This document shows positions 1 through 10,632 of a stretch of 64,000 nt of DNA, in pieces. How positions within the stretch are numbered: the first letter of the stretch is position 1; each line of letters begins with the position of its first letter. The position numbers and the translations under genes are program-made. The notes beneath the pieces are model-generated. The model was not told the DNA's origin, did no database searches, and saw only the letters and a list, made by a program, of their open reading frames with translations. The stretch lies in the sequence record PV611058.1, one strand, 5' to 3'.

Positions 1-300
1 GCTTCTACTGCTGCTGTAGGTGGCACTTGGACACCAGATGGTACTACTAACGTATATCGCTTAACTCTTGACCAAAGTGTTACAATGGATTCCATCGCGG
101 GTCTAATTGGTAGTGGTCAAGCATGTTCAGTGTATATCTATGTAACTCCATCTGTTGCTGATACTACTTTCACCTTCGGTGGTGCATACTCTGTAGTTTC
201 TGGTACAGTAAGTGCTGTAGTTGGTCAAACAAGTATTATCCAAGTAATCTATGATGGTTTCAGTACTGTGTTTGATACCTTCGTTGCACAACGTGTATAA
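1..300 (+). CDS. 3' end of a fibre-like virion protein (5' part outside the window), paralog of the C-terminal domain of 450..6170
   Basis: Frame 1 is open from base 1 (ASTAAVGGTWTPDGTTNVYRLTLDQ...IIQVIYDGFSTVFDTFVAQRV). It aligns by eye with the last ~100 aa of 450..6170 (GTWTPDGTSNVYFITLDQ...IYQVIYDGVSPVTDLFIAQRTA). Confidence 0.8.
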   Translation, partial: ASTAAVGGTWTPDGTTNVYRLTLDQSVTMDSIAGLIGSGQACSVYIYVTPSVADTTFTFGGAYSVVSGTVSAVVGQTSIIQVIYDGFSTVFDTFVAQRV

Positions 301-318
301 CATTTTAAATTAATAATT

Positions 319-348
319 AAAGCCAACTATTTTAGTTGGCTTTTTCTT
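319..348 (+). terminator. Rho-independent terminator
   Basis: AAGCCAACTA-TTT-TAGTTGGCTT stem followed by a T-run. Confidence 0.8.
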
Positions 349-449
349 TTGTATTAGATAATAGTGTTTTTGTGAATTAAACTAAATATAAGTATATTAA
401 CAAAAGATGGGTTATGAATATATAGTTCATCGTTATAGGAGGGGACTCT

Positions 450-3400
450 ATGTACTCGATTAAAACGGATCTTGATGTATCTGGTAATTCCACGGTAGGT
501 AAGGATCTTTTGGTCAAAGGTAATGCAGTATTCAGTAATGACCTAACGGTTAATGGGGAAGTGTCTTTTGCTAACGCAGTATTCACTGCAATTACCGCTG
601 GTTCTGTGAATGTCACAGGTGCATTGGATGTTGCTGGTAAGGCAACCTTATCCGGTGGTGCTGATGTTTCAGGTGCTGCGACATTTGCAGGAAACATTAC
701 TGCTGCTGACGGCACAACTGCAAAATTTGATAACTTAGAAGCTAATTCAGGATCATTTAATTCTGTTGAATCAACTGATATTACTTCAACTGGCACAGCA
801 ACTTTTAAAGATGTAAACATTTCTGGTACACTTGGTGGTACTTTTAATCTTTCTGATATTAATGCTACAACACTTAATGTGTCTGGTGCTTCAGCACTAA
901 CTGGTTCAGTCACATTGGGTGCAAATATCACTGGTCTTGCAAGTACTGCAAACTTCCGTGATATTCGTATCGGGCCTAATGAAGCAGGTCAAGCATATAG
1001 ACTAAACTTTGGTTACACCGTTCCAGGACAACGACCAACCGTTCTTCTACAGAACGAAGTTCAATCCGAACTAATGTCACCAGCTAAGTTGAATGTTCTA
1101 CAAACTGCAACATTTGGTGATTCTTCACTTTCAACTTACGGTATTACAGGTAATGGTTTAAACAAATTAGATTATGTAACTATTTCTGGTAACGCAATTC
1201 AATCACCAACCACTCCTTTACTTGAAGTAACTAAAGGTAAAACTAAAGTTGTTGATTTAGAAGTAACTGGTATAGCAACTATTCCTAATATCGAAAGTTC
1301 TGGTACTGCAAACTTTAACAACATCAACGTATCTGGAACTATTGGTGGTAGTTTTGATTTAGATGATATACAAGCAACAACATTATCAGTATCCGGTGCT
1401 TCAGCACTAACTGGTGCAGTTACATTGGGTGCAAACATCACTGGTCTAGCAAGTACTGCAACATTCAAAGCAATCAATTTGGGTCAAAATACCGCTGATG
1501 CTAACGTTAAGCTAGGTTTTGCATATACTGCACCTAGTGCACGTCCAACAGTCTTGTTAGCAAACGAAGTTCAATCTGAACTAATGTCTCCTGCTAAGTT
1601 GAACGTTCTACAAACTGCAACCTTCGGTTCTGCTGCACTATCTACCTATGGTATTACTGGTAATGGTCTAAACAAATTAGATTATCTAACAATCACTGGT
1701 AACGCAACACAAAACCCTGCAACTCCACAACTTCAAGTTGGTGGTAAAGCAATTCTTAATGATGTTGAATTTACAGGTACTGTAACTGGCCTAACTGTTG
1801 ATGTGAGTGGACAAGATCTAACTCCTAAATCAGTAGTTGCTGCTGAAGCAATGAAAGGTCAAACTCTTGAATCAGTTGGTCAAACAACTGTAGGTTCATC
1901 TCTACAAGTTGGTGGTACTGCAACTGTTACTGGTGCATTATCTGCTGCCTCTGGTACTTTCAGTGGTGATGTTAGTGGTTCTAAAGGTATCTTCAGTGGT
2001 AGCGTATCCGGTACAAGTGCAACCTTTACTGGGGATGTTAGCGGTGATAACGCAACCTTTAGTGGCGATTTATCTGCTGTAGCTGGTACTTTCAGTGGTG
2101 ATGTAACCGTAACTGGTCAAACAATCACGGTTAAAGACTTGGTAGTAACTGGAACTTCAACTGGTGTAACTGCAATCGCTGACGTTGACGGTCTTGATAT
2201 TGCTCCAAACAAAGTTGATGTTACAACAACTCTATCTGTTGCTGGTGAATCAACTCTTGCTGGTGTTACAGCAACTTCAATCAATAGTACTGGTGCAATT
2301 GCAGGTACTGCAATTTCTGGCTCTACTATTACAGCAACTGGTGAAATTTCTGGTGCATCATCTGTAGTAACTGGTCTTTCTAAATCTGGTAGCGTTGAAA
2401 CTGGTGCTCTAAAGGCATCTTCTGTTGAAACTGCAATCATTAGTAACACTGCTGGTGTGTCAATAACAAACAACACTTCAATTGCAGGTAATCTATCTGT
2501 GACTGGGACTGTTACCCCTGGTGCAATTGACCTAAGTACTACTGATATTGATGCTAAGTCTCTAACAACTACTGAAGGTGCTAACATTGGTGGTGACCTA
2601 GTTGTTGCAGGTACAGTTGATCTAAGTGCTGCTGACGTTGCTGTTAAATCTCTAACCAGTTCTGGTGCAGTTATTAGTTCTGAAGGTACTGTAAGTAGTG
2701 TTCTACCTAAACTTTCCAGTACTGAAGCTAATATTACCACAGTAACTGCAACCACTGCAAATGCTACCACACTAAATGTAACTGGTACATCAACTCTAGC
2801 TGGTGTTAACGCTTCTGGTGCTATTACTTCTGCAACTAACATTACCGCTACTGGTGTATTAAAAGGTGCATCTGTTGAAACTGCGTCAATCAGCAATGCT
2901 GATGGTGTAGCAATTAACAATAACACTACAATCACTGGTAATTTGGACGTATCTGGGACATTGACCCCTGGTGCAATTGACCTAAGCACCACTGATATTA
3001 GTTCTAAGTCTCTAACCACAACTGAAGGTGCTACAATTGGTGGCGATCTTGTGGTAGCAGGTACTGTTGACCTAAGTGCTGCTGATGTGTCTGTGAAATC
3101 TCTTGCAAGTGCAGAGACAATTACAAGTGCTGGTGTTATTACAGTTTCGGATACAGTGAATTCTAGCACTCTACCAAAACTAATTACTACTGATGCAACT
3201 ATTGGTGCTGTCCATGCAGCTACTATTGAAACAACTGGTTCAAGCACACTAAAACAAGTATCTGCTACTGAAGTAACAGCTACAAGTATTGTACTAAATT
3301 CAGTTGGTGAAGGTTTACGTGTTGACAATGATGCAAACATTAATGGTATATTAAGTGTTAATAATATTACTTCTACCAATGATACTATTGCAATTGCGAA

Positions 3401-6170
3401 AAGTGCAGCTATTACTGGTGATCTGACCGTATCTGGTACTGTTACTCCTGGTGCAATTGACCTAAGTACTACCGATATTAGTTCTAAATCCCTAAGTACT
3501 ACTGAAGGTGCTACAATTGGTGGTGACCTAGTTGTTAATGGTTCAATTGATTTAAGTTCTTCCAATGTTTCAGCAATTACCCTTGCTAGTTCTGGTAATA
3601 CTACCGTTGGTGGTAACCTAGTACTAACAACTGGTGTTGTAACTGGCAGCCCATCTGTATCTGGTAACCTTTCAGTTGCAGGTACTGCGGCAGTAACTGG
3701 TGCAACTACCCTAACTGATATCGTAAATATCGGTAAGAAAGTAACTGTAAGCACTGGTGGTATTCAAGTAGTTGCAGGTGGTATTAATACCGACGCTATA
3801 TTAGTATCCGGTGATACAACTTTAAACAACACTACTGTAAACACTACCTTAAATGTAACTGGTCAAAGTACAGTTGCTGCACTAAGTGCTGCATCTTTGA
3901 ATGTATCTGGTGATAGTACTGTTCAAAAACTAACAGTTGAAGGTGAATTGGTTCCACAAGGTGGTATCGACCTAACTGGTGCAGATATTTCTGCTAATAG
4001 TCTTGCAACTGCTTCAACAATCACTGCAACTGGACTAAGCACACTAAGTGGTGGTGTAAGTACTACTAATGTTACTGCATCTGGTACAGTGAATGCTGGT
4101 AGTTTGGATGTTACTAACAACGCAACCGTTGGTGGTACATTAGGTGTAACTGGTGCATTAACTTCTGGTCCATTGAGTGTAACAGGTATTGCGAATATTA
4201 CTGGTGTAACAACTGTTGGTTCATTGGTTTCCGGTGCTGTATCTGGTAGTACTGGTACATTTAGTTCAACATTAGGTGTAACTGGTGCAGCTACATTTGA
4301 CAATGACGTAACTGTTGAAGGTGTATTCACCCCAGCAGGTGGTTTAGACCTAACAACTTCTGATATTACAGCTAAGAGTTTGTCAGTATCTGAAACTATT
4401 CACTCTGATGGTGCAGCTTCCTTTGGTGGTAACACAACAGTAGGTGGTACATTGGGTGTAACTGGTGCAGTAACTGCTCCATCGGCAACCCTAAGCGGTA
4501 CTGGTACTGCACTAGCAGTAACTAATAATGCAACTATTGGTGGTACATTGGGTGTAACTGGTCAAGCATCACTTGGTTCTATAGTAACTTCTGGTGTATC
4601 TGCAACAAGTGGCTCTTTCAGCACTACTCTTGGCGTTACTGGTGCTGCGACATTTGGAAACGATGTAACTGTAGTTGGAACACTAACTCCTGGTAGCTTA
4701 GATCTAACTGGTGCAGATATCTCTGCTAAAACACTAACTCTATCTGAAACATTAAATGCGACAGGTAATACTACCCTTGGTGGAACATTAGGTGTAACTG
4801 GTTTAGCAACAATTGGTGGAACACTAACGTCTGGTGCAGTAACTGCTCCATCTGCAACCTTGAATGGTTCAGGAACTGGTCTAGCAGTAACTAACAACGC
4901 AACCGTTGGTGGTACATTAGGTGTAGTTGGTCAAACAACACTAGGTTCTGTTAAAACTGGTGCAACTCTAACAGTTGGTACACCATTAGGTGAGCAGCCT
5001 GAAACTGTACAGATTATGCCAGACACTTATATTGCTGGTAAACTACGTGTTGAGGGTGGTATTAACGCAGATATCGATGTTGGTGGACAAACACTAGAAC
5101 CGTTTGCAGTAATAGCATCTGATTCTTTATCTTCTGCTGGTAATATTACTGCTGGTGCAGCAATTATTTCAAGTTCTGCAACAATTGGTGAAGTCGGTTC
5201 ACAAAACAACAACCTAATCGTTAATGGTAACGTTGTAAACAACGGTAACTTCACTGTTACTGGCGTACTAAATGCACAATTGAACCAAGCAGATTCCGAT
5301 GTAGCTGTTAAGTCTTTGACTGCAACTAACAACGTTGCGGCTGGAACCACATTAAGTGCAGGTACTGCAATTACTGCTGGTACTTCCATCACTGCAACTG
5401 GATTACTTAAAGGTAATACTTTAGAAGTTACTACTACTGGTTCATTTGGTGGTGCAGTAACTATGTCAAGTGGTGCAAACATCACTGGTACAGTGGGTAT
5501 TACTGCTGGTGACCTAACAGTAGGTGGTAATATCTCTGCAACTGGGACTGCTGGATTCGGTGCAACAACCGTTTCTACAATTACAACATCAGGTTTGGCT
5601 ACACTTGCAAGTACATCCGTTACTGGTAACGCAACAGTAGGTGGAACACTAGCAGTAACAGGATCACTAACTGCGAATGGTAACGTAACATTAGGTGACG
5701 CAGCGGCTGACGTTCTAACCGTTAATGCAACTTCATCATTTAAAGAAAATGCTGTGTTTGATAAGGCAGTAACAGTAACTGGTGAACTAACCACTACTAA
5801 TGCTAACTTAACTACTACAACAGTAACTACCAAAAAGTATGATGTAATCCCAACTCAAGTTACATCATCAGTAATTGCTCCAACCGGAACATGGACTCCA
5901 GATGGTACAAGTAACGTGTACTTCATCACTCTAGACCAAGATACCACGTTGGCTCCAATTACTGGCCTAATTGGTGGTGGTAAAGCTGCATCAGTATACA
6001 TCTATGTTAAACAAGATACAACTGGTAACAGAAACTTTACAACTGATGGTACTTATGCTGTTGTTGATGGTGAACTAAACAAAACTGCTGGTAGCGTAAC
6101 CATTTACCAAGTAATTTATGATGGTGTAAGTCCAGTTACTGATTTGTTCATTGCACAACGTACTGCTTAA
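450..6170 (+). CDS. Giant (1906 aa) T/G/S/V/A-rich repetitive virion fibre protein, probably beta-rich
   Basis: Long ORF with strong AGGAGG RBS and TAAATA at 383-388. Low-complexity beta-strand repeats (GGTLGVTG, TPGAIDLSTTDI, KSL) and a conserved C-terminal domain shared with the upstream gene. Confidence 0.75.
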   Translation: MYSIKTDLDVSGNSTVGKDLLVKGNAVFSNDLTVNGEVSFANAVFTAITAGSVNVTGALDVAGKATLSGGADVSGAATFAGNITAADGTTAKFDNLEANSGSFNSVESTDITSTGTATFKDVNISGTLGGTFNLSDINATTLNVSGASALTGSVTLGANITGLASTANFRDIRIGPNEAGQAYRLNFGYTVPGQRPTVLLQNEVQSELMSPAKLNVLQTATFGDSSLSTYGITGNGLNKLDYVTISGNAIQSPTTPLLEVTKGKTKVVDLEVTGIATIPNIESSGTANFNNINVSGTIGGSFDLDDIQATTLSVSGASALTGAVTLGANITGLASTATFKAINLGQNTADANVKLGFAYTAPSARPTVLLANEVQSELMSPAKLNVLQTATFGSAALSTYGITGNGLNKLDYLTITGNATQNPATPQLQVGGKAILNDVEFTGTVTGLTVDVSGQDLTPKSVVAAEAMKGQTLESVGQTTVGSSLQVGGTATVTGALSAASGTFSGDVSGSKGIFSGSVSGTSATFTGDVSGDNATFSGDLSAVAGTFSGDVTVTGQTITVKDLVVTGTSTGVTAIADVDGLDIAPNKVDVTTTLSVAGESTLAGVTATSINSTGAIAGTAISGSTITATGEISGASSVVTGLSKSGSVETGALKASSVETAIISNTAGVSITNNTSIAGNLSVTGTVTPGAIDLSTTDIDAKSLTTTEGANIGGDLVVAGTVDLSAADVAVKSLTSSGAVISSEGTVSSVLPKLSSTEANITTVTATTANATTLNVTGTSTLAGVNASGAITSATNITATGVLKGASVETASISNADGVAINNNTTITGNLDVSGTLTPGAIDLSTTDISSKSLTTTEGATIGGDLVVAGTVDLSAADVSVKSLASAETITSAGVITVSDTVNSSTLPKLITTDATIGAVHAATIETTGSSTLKQVSATEVTATSIVLNSVGEGLRVDNDANINGILSVNNITSTNDTIAIAKSAAITGDLTVSGTVTPGAIDLSTTDISSKSLSTTEGATIGGDLVVNGSIDLSSSNVSAITLASSGNTTVGGNLVLTTGVVTGSPSVSGNLSVAGTAAVTGATTLTDIVNIGKKVTVSTGGIQVVAGGINTDAILVSGDTTLNNTTVNTTLNVTGQSTVAALSAASLNVSGDSTVQKLTVEGELVPQGGIDLTGADISANSLATASTITATGLSTLSGGVSTTNVTASGTVNAGSLDVTNNATVGGTLGVTGALTSGPLSVTGIANITGVTTVGSLVSGAVSGSTGTFSSTLGVTGAATFDNDVTVEGVFTPAGGLDLTTSDITAKSLSVSETIHSDGAASFGGNTTVGGTLGVTGAVTAPSATLSGTGTALAVTNNATIGGTLGVTGQASLGSIVTSGVSATSGSFSTTLGVTGAATFGNDVTVVGTLTPGSLDLTGADISAKTLTLSETLNATGNTTLGGTLGVTGLATIGGTLTSGAVTAPSATLNGSGTGLAVTNNATVGGTLGVVGQTTLGSVKTGATLTVGTPLGEQPETVQIMPDTYIAGKLRVEGGINADIDVGGQTLEPFAVIASDSLSSAGNITAGAAIISSSATIGEVGSQNNNLIVNGNVVNNGNFTVTGVLNAQLNQADSDVAVKSLTATNNVAAGTTLSAGTAITAGTSITATGLLKGNTLEVTTTGSFGGAVTMSSGANITGTVGITAGDLTVGGNISATGTAGFGATTVSTITTSGLATLASTSVTGNATVGGTLAVTGSLTANGNVTLGDAAADVLTVNATSSFKENAVFDKAVTVTGELTTTNANLTTTTVTTKKYDVIPTQVTSSVIAPTGTWTPDGTSNVYFITLDQDTTLAPITGLIGGGKAASVYIYVKQDTTGNRNFTTDGTYAVVDGELNKTAGSVTIYQVIYDGVSPVTDLFIAQRTA
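760..1780 (+). repeat. Tandem ~510-nt (170-aa) duplication inside the giant fibre gene
   Basis: GGTGCTTCAGCACTAACTGGT... and AACGAAGTTCAATC.GAACTAATGTC.CC.GCTAAGTTGAA... each recur at an offset of 510 nt; boundaries approximate. Confidence 0.85.
2500..3540 (+). repeat. Three copies of the TPGAIDLSTTDI..KSL.TTEGA.IGGDLVV module
   Basis: CCTGGTGCAATTGACCTAAG at about 2517, 2967 and 3447. Confidence 0.85.
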
Positions 6171-6180
6171 TAATTATAAT

Positions 6181-6213
6181 AAAAAAAACGGTGTCATCAA
6201 TTATGGTGACACC
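6181..6213. terminator. Hairpin/terminator
   Basis: A-run then GGTGTCATCA-ATTAT-GGTGACACC. Confidence 0.5.
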
Positions 6214-6236
6214 ATCTTAACAAGTGAGGTAGTTAT

Positions 6237-7016
6237 ATGTTTACATATGTAAAAGGTAGTTCTAAAGAAAATTATGAATTGGGTAACATCATCTCCAACC
6301 CAGTTGGTGTTAAGGGTTTAAAAGAACGCCCTGGGGCAACTCCAGATGATGAACAAACATATCGTTATTTGTACAGTGATATTCGTGCACTTTATGGTAT
6401 TTCAAGTAAAGATGGTTCTGAAATTGAACCTAATAACGCTGTTCGCAAAGAAGAGGGTTTCTGGTGGTTGGAATATAAGAATGTTGGTAATGTGAACGCA
6501 ATTAATGAGAATTTGGAATATATTAAACTACAAGATAGTAATCAACCAGTCATCACATTCTTAGAAGAAGCAGAAGGTGAATATAAAGAGTTAACAGTAC
6601 TGAAAACTTATAATTATGTTGATATGGATATTGCAGCAGTTAAATCTGATCTGAAAGCACGCACAGTATCATCTCGTAGTGATCGTATTAATGCTGGTTA
6701 TATGTTTAACGGTCATCGTTATAGTACTGATCTAGCTGGTCGTCAAATGCTTCTTAATTATTATACACAAGTAACTTCCGGTTCAGATAGCGTTTCGATT
6801 TTCCTTGATGACGCAATTGTAAAACTATCTGCTGCTGAAATGACTCAACTATACACTGAAGCATTTGCTATGGTTGAATCCCTATTTGCAGAGTGTAATA
6901 AGCAATGTGCTGACATTGATGCAGTTCCTGATGCTGATGAAGATGCAATTTATAAAGCACAACAGGCGGCTGTATGGGTATATGAAGGTATTGATATTCC
7001 TGAGCGTACTCGTTAA
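6237..7016 (+). CDS. DUF4376-like protein, putative fibre assembly protein/chaperone
   Basis: C-terminal half (SRSDRINAGYMFNGHRYSTDLAGRQML...LSAAEMTQL...) resembles DUF4376; lies directly after a fibre gene. Confidence 0.55.
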   Translation: MFTYVKGSSKENYELGNIISNPVGVKGLKERPGATPDDEQTYRYLYSDIRALYGISSKDGSEIEPNNAVRKEEGFWWLEYKNVGNVNAINENLEYIKLQDSNQPVITFLEEAEGEYKELTVLKTYNYVDMDIAAVKSDLKARTVSSRSDRINAGYMFNGHRYSTDLAGRQMLLNYYTQVTSGSDSVSIFLDDAIVKLSAAEMTQLYTEAFAMVESLFAECNKQCADIDAVPDADEDAIYKAQQAAVWVYEGIDIPERTR

Positions 7017-7030
7017 TTTATATTTTTTTA

Positions 7031-7058
7031 AAGGTCAACTATGGTTGGCCTTTTCTTT
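7031..7058 (+). terminator. Rho-independent terminator
   Basis: AAGGTCAAC-TATG-GTTGGCCTT followed by a T-rich tail. Confidence 0.7.
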
Positions 7059-7107
7059 TATCTAAAATAAATACTTAATATATAATCTATTCTGAGGAAA
7101 TATTTAA

Positions 7108-9072
7108 ATGAGTATAAATCGAATTAGAGGTGATGGTGGTGTAATTATAGATAGTCAGGCATTTCTAGAATTACCTAAAGCACCGACTAAAGAAACCGCT
7201 GATGTGGTTAGATCAGGGATGATTAGATACAATAAAGGATGGAAAGCATTTGAAGGTGTACTAGACTTTGAAGATGGTTCAATGGCATATCGACGTTTTG
7301 CAAACCTAGATGCAAACGGTAAACTTCTTACTTCCCAATTACCAGATTCAGTAACTAGTGGTTTACAATTTGTTGGTACATATAATCCCATCCCAGATGA
7401 TATCGATCCACCTTTAGCACAAACTCCACTACCAGCACCATCACCATCGCTTAATGGTGATTATTATGTCGTTCGTGGTATAATGGATGCCGCACAAGCA
7501 CATTATGAAGCAAATAATCCACAAACAAGTCCTGTTACATTTACACCTACAAATCCAACTGGACAAGGTAATTGGATTGAAATTTTATATTATGTTGACT
7601 CTAATCCAAATATATCTGGTGCTAAACTAGTAACATACGCTTTTGCTAGAATTATTACTGCATCTATTCCCAGTACTGGACATGATGGCCTTGAAAATTT
7701 AGCAACAGATACTGACTTGACCAAACCATTTGCATCTGGTGTTCCAATGAACCAAACTGCACTTTCAGATGGTGATTGGATTATTATAACTGAAGATAAG
7801 AATATACGTCTTCGTCAGTCAAGAACAAGCATTTCCGCTGCTTCAGTATTATATGACAATACTGTAATGATTGCAAATCATCGCCAATTTAGAACAAACG
7901 CAGGGACCGTTCAAACATCCATAGATAACGTTGTGATTGAGTGTTTACGTAGAACTGGCGATTCCATGTATAATGATGGAACAGACGGCTCTGGGCGTTT
8001 TGGGGTGGTGTATGGCAGTGCAGCAGCACCAGCATTGACATTTAATAATAATCCGTTTGACCCAACGAACAACCCAGGTAATGACCCAACTAAGTGGTCC
8101 GATGCTAATACTGGTATATTCCATCCAGCAGATGATGCAATTGGTTTTACAACAGCCGGAACTGAGCGTGTTAGAATTAATAATGGAACATTAACATTAT
8201 TCCAAACTACCGCTACACCAGCAGCTACACCAGTAATACGTTTTGATAATGCATCAAACACAAACGTAGGGATAAGTGCAAGTAGTAATATTATTTCTTT
8301 AAGTTCAATGAATAAAGTTCAAGTTGAATTTAAAAATGGTGAATCACATTTTCATGGAAATATTATTGTAGATGGATCAACATCACTAACTGGTGATTTA
8401 AACGCAGGTAACATCACTGCCAGCGGGAATTTAGTTGTTAAAGGTAATACAACACTAGGAGACACTACTGGTGACACTATTACAGTTAATGGTGTTAGTA
8501 CTTATAATGCAAATACTAATTTCAATGGAACTAATAACAAATTCAAAAACATAAACTTACTAGAGAATGGTGTATTCACATTAGAAAGTACTACAAACCA
8601 AAGTGATATAAAACTACTTGGTGCAGACTTACGTTTCACTATGGGAAGTTATGCTGATGTAAGTATATATGATAACGGTGTTATTCGTACTCGTTTCAAC
8701 CGATATGGTATTCAATTACCAGTACTGGCTACAATTGATAACTCAGTTGGTGTTGATGGTATGATTGCATACTCAAATACCGAACGTACATCGATGCAGA
8801 AGGTCCAAGGACAATGGGTTCCAATTGGTTCTGGTTCTGTACGTACTGACCCGTTTACTGCGTCAGCGTGGGTTTTAAACGGCTCATATTACACATTAAC
8901 AGTAACTGCTAGTAACATAGTAACTGCTGAAATTCAAGAACTCGTAAGTACTGGTGTTTACACTCGTGTTGAAGTTGATAGTGTTACATTCAATGGAACA
9001 AGCGTAGTGTTCAGTATTCCTGCAACTCCTGATGTGAGATTTGCCGGACGTACACTGGTTACATTAAGATAA
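7108..9072 (+). CDS. Virion structural / fibre-associated protein (654 aa)
   Basis: GMIRYN and GMIAYS motifs typical of myophage fibre/baseplate proteins, beta-repeat segment (GDLNAGNITASGNLVVKGN), TAAATA at 7068-7073. Confidence 0.55.
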   Translation: MSINRIRGDGGVIIDSQAFLELPKAPTKETADVVRSGMIRYNKGWKAFEGVLDFEDGSMAYRRFANLDANGKLLTSQLPDSVTSGLQFVGTYNPIPDDIDPPLAQTPLPAPSPSLNGDYYVVRGIMDAAQAHYEANNPQTSPVTFTPTNPTGQGNWIEILYYVDSNPNISGAKLVTYAFARIITASIPSTGHDGLENLATDTDLTKPFASGVPMNQTALSDGDWIIITEDKNIRLRQSRTSISAASVLYDNTVMIANHRQFRTNAGTVQTSIDNVVIECLRRTGDSMYNDGTDGSGRFGVVYGSAAAPALTFNNNPFDPTNNPGNDPTKWSDANTGIFHPADDAIGFTTAGTERVRINNGTLTLFQTTATPAATPVIRFDNASNTNVGISASSNIISLSSMNKVQVEFKNGESHFHGNIIVDGSTSLTGDLNAGNITASGNLVVKGNTTLGDTTGDTITVNGVSTYNANTNFNGTNNKFKNINLLENGVFTLESTTNQSDIKLLGADLRFTMGSYADVSIYDNGVIRTRFNRYGIQLPVLATIDNSVGVDGMIAYSNTERTSMQKVQGQWVPIGSGSVRTDPFTASAWVLNGSYYTLTVTASNIVTAEIQELVSTGVYTRVEVDSVTFNGTSVVFSIPATPDVRFAGRTLVTLR

Positions 9073-9074
9073 TA

Positions 9075-9106
9075 AAAAAGGGAGACATAAGTCTCCCTTT
9101 TCTTTT
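9075..9106. terminator. Bidirectional terminator between convergent genes
   Basis: AAAAAAGGGAGAC-ATAA-GTCTCCCTTTT with A and T runs on both sides. Confidence 0.85.
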
Positions 9107-10034
9107 ATACAGCCATTGGTGCTTTGATTGTTGGCATTGGATTGTAATTAACTAATTTGAAAGAATCCATAGTGAAATCTTCAATATCAGTAATAGTAGG
9201 ATCTAGCCATAATTCTGGTAATGTACGTGGTTCACGTTGGAGTTGCTCTTTTACTTGTTCAATATGGTTTTGGTAGATATGGCAGTCGCCACCATTCCAA
9301 ATAAATTCACCAACATCTAACCCTGTAATTTGTGCAATCATATGAGTTAGTAGTGAGTAACTACTAATATTAAATGGCACACCAAGGAATAGATCAGCAC
9401 TACGTTGATGAAGAATACAACTTAGTTTACCCTGTACAACACAAAACTGCACAAAGCTATGACAGGGTGGCAAAGTCATAGCATCAAGCTCACCAACGTT
9501 CCATGCACTTAGAATGTGACGACGACCGTATGGATCAGTATTGATACCTTCAATAACTTGTTTTAGCTGGTCAGTTACACGACGCATAATAACACCATGT
9601 GAACCAGTATAATCAATAACTTTATACCCTTTATCTTTTAGTTCTTGAATTTCTTCAGTACTGGAACTGAATTTATAATCTTCCCATTCACGCCATTGTT
9701 TACCATAAACTGGGCCAAGCTCACCATCAGAATACCCAAGGCTTACACCTTGATTAAGGTAGTTGTCTGTCCAAATTGTTTTCTTTTCTACATCACGTGT
9801 CCCGTGTAAAATTTCACACAGACGACGCTCATCGTGAGAACCTTCAATAAACCATAACAATTCTGAAGTCATTGCTTTCCAAGCCAAACGTTTAGTAGTT
9901 ACTGCTGGGAAACCTTCTTTTAGGTCAAAACGCATTTGTTGTCCGATTAGCTTGATAGTGCCAACACCAGTACGATCAACGCTTTCGACACCTTGATCCA
10001 GAATTCTTTGATATAGTTCTTGTAGTTGTTTCAT
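9105..10034 (-). CDS. thyA: Thymidylate synthase (uninterrupted, no intron)
   Basis: DRTGVGT, ELLWFIEG, LGPVYGKQWR, LPPCH, QRSADLFLGVPFN, GDCHIY motifs. Confidence 0.98.
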   Translation of the reverse strand: MKQLQELYQRILDQGVESVDRTGVGTIKLIGQQMRFDLKEGFPAVTTKRLAWKAMTSELLWFIEGSHDERRLCEILHGTRDVEKKTIWTDNYLNQGVSLGYSDGELGPVYGKQWREWEDYKFSSSTEEIQELKDKGYKVIDYTGSHGVIMRRVTDQLKQVIEGINTDPYGRRHILSAWNVGELDAMTLPPCHSFVQFCVVQGKLSCILHQRSADLFLGVPFNISSYSLLTHMIAQITGLDVGEFIWNGGDCHIYQNHIEQVKEQLQREPRTLPELWLDPTITDIEDFTMDSFKLVNYNPMPTIKAPMAV

Positions 10035-10627
10035 TTTACGTCCTTGAAAAATGTAATAAAGTGTTCCATGTGTTTTTGTGTAGCATTACGTGAACCAATC
10101 CCAGTCCAATTACCGTGTGGTGCTGGTATTGAGAATGTTTCAGTAAACTCTTTCAGTACTGTATCATAATAAAATACAGAGCGAGTGTTCATATCATAAC
10201 AATATATTTCTGGATTGTCAACTGAATCCATATACATCTGTACGGCCCATGCAGTTCCACCTGAAACTTGCGTAGGTGATGTAATATTTGCAATACAATA
10301 TACTCTTTTTGTATTAAGTATCTGGTAACTATTCCTTGCAAGTAAGTTATATACATACGAACCAGGCTTAGGAACTTTACGGCGTAAAGAGTAACATGCA
10401 ATGTTTAATTGTTTTAATATTGAACTATCACAAAGGATATTGGGTGGAATTTCTAATATAGTATTTTCATCTACGCTGCTTTGGTGACCCTTGAATGAAA
10501 AATTTATTACTTCAAATCCATTGTCTTTTGCATAGATAGAAAAAAGGCGGTCAGCACCTGCTGCCCCGCCACTGAAACATACATTAGATAAACCATTGAT
10601 TGCTTCATCTAATTCTATTTTATTCAT
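10031..10627 (-). CDS. SLOG/DprA-like Rossmann-fold protein
   Basis: SGGAAGAD glycine loop, SGGTAWA and GIGSR motifs. Confidence 0.55.
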   Translation of the reverse strand: MNKIELDEAINGLSNVCFSGGAAGADRLFSIYAKDNGFEVINFSFKGHQSSVDENTILEIPPNILCDSSILKQLNIACYSLRRKVPKPGSYVYNLLARNSYQILNTKRVYCIANITSPTQVSGGTAWAVQMYMDSVDNPEIYCYDMNTRSVFYYDTVLKEFTETFSIPAPHGNWTGIGSRNATQKHMEHFITFFKDVK

Positions 10628-10632
10628 TTATA

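Noticed and set aside
2500-4950. CRISPR-like repeated DNA (GGTGGTACATTAGGTGTAACTGGT and CCTGGTGCAATTGACCTAAG)
   Set aside because: In-frame coding repeats with irregular spacing; no cas genes.
377-5833. Long - strand ORFs (377..931, 1199..1477, 2117..3754, 3923..4330, 4562..4897, 5027..5833)
   Set aside because: Antisense shadows of the repetitive fibre gene; its biased codons produce few reverse-strand stops. No RBS and V/P/A-rich nonsense composition.
7155-8261. - strand ORFs 7155..7391 and 7911..8261
   Set aside because: Antisense to the 654-aa structural gene.
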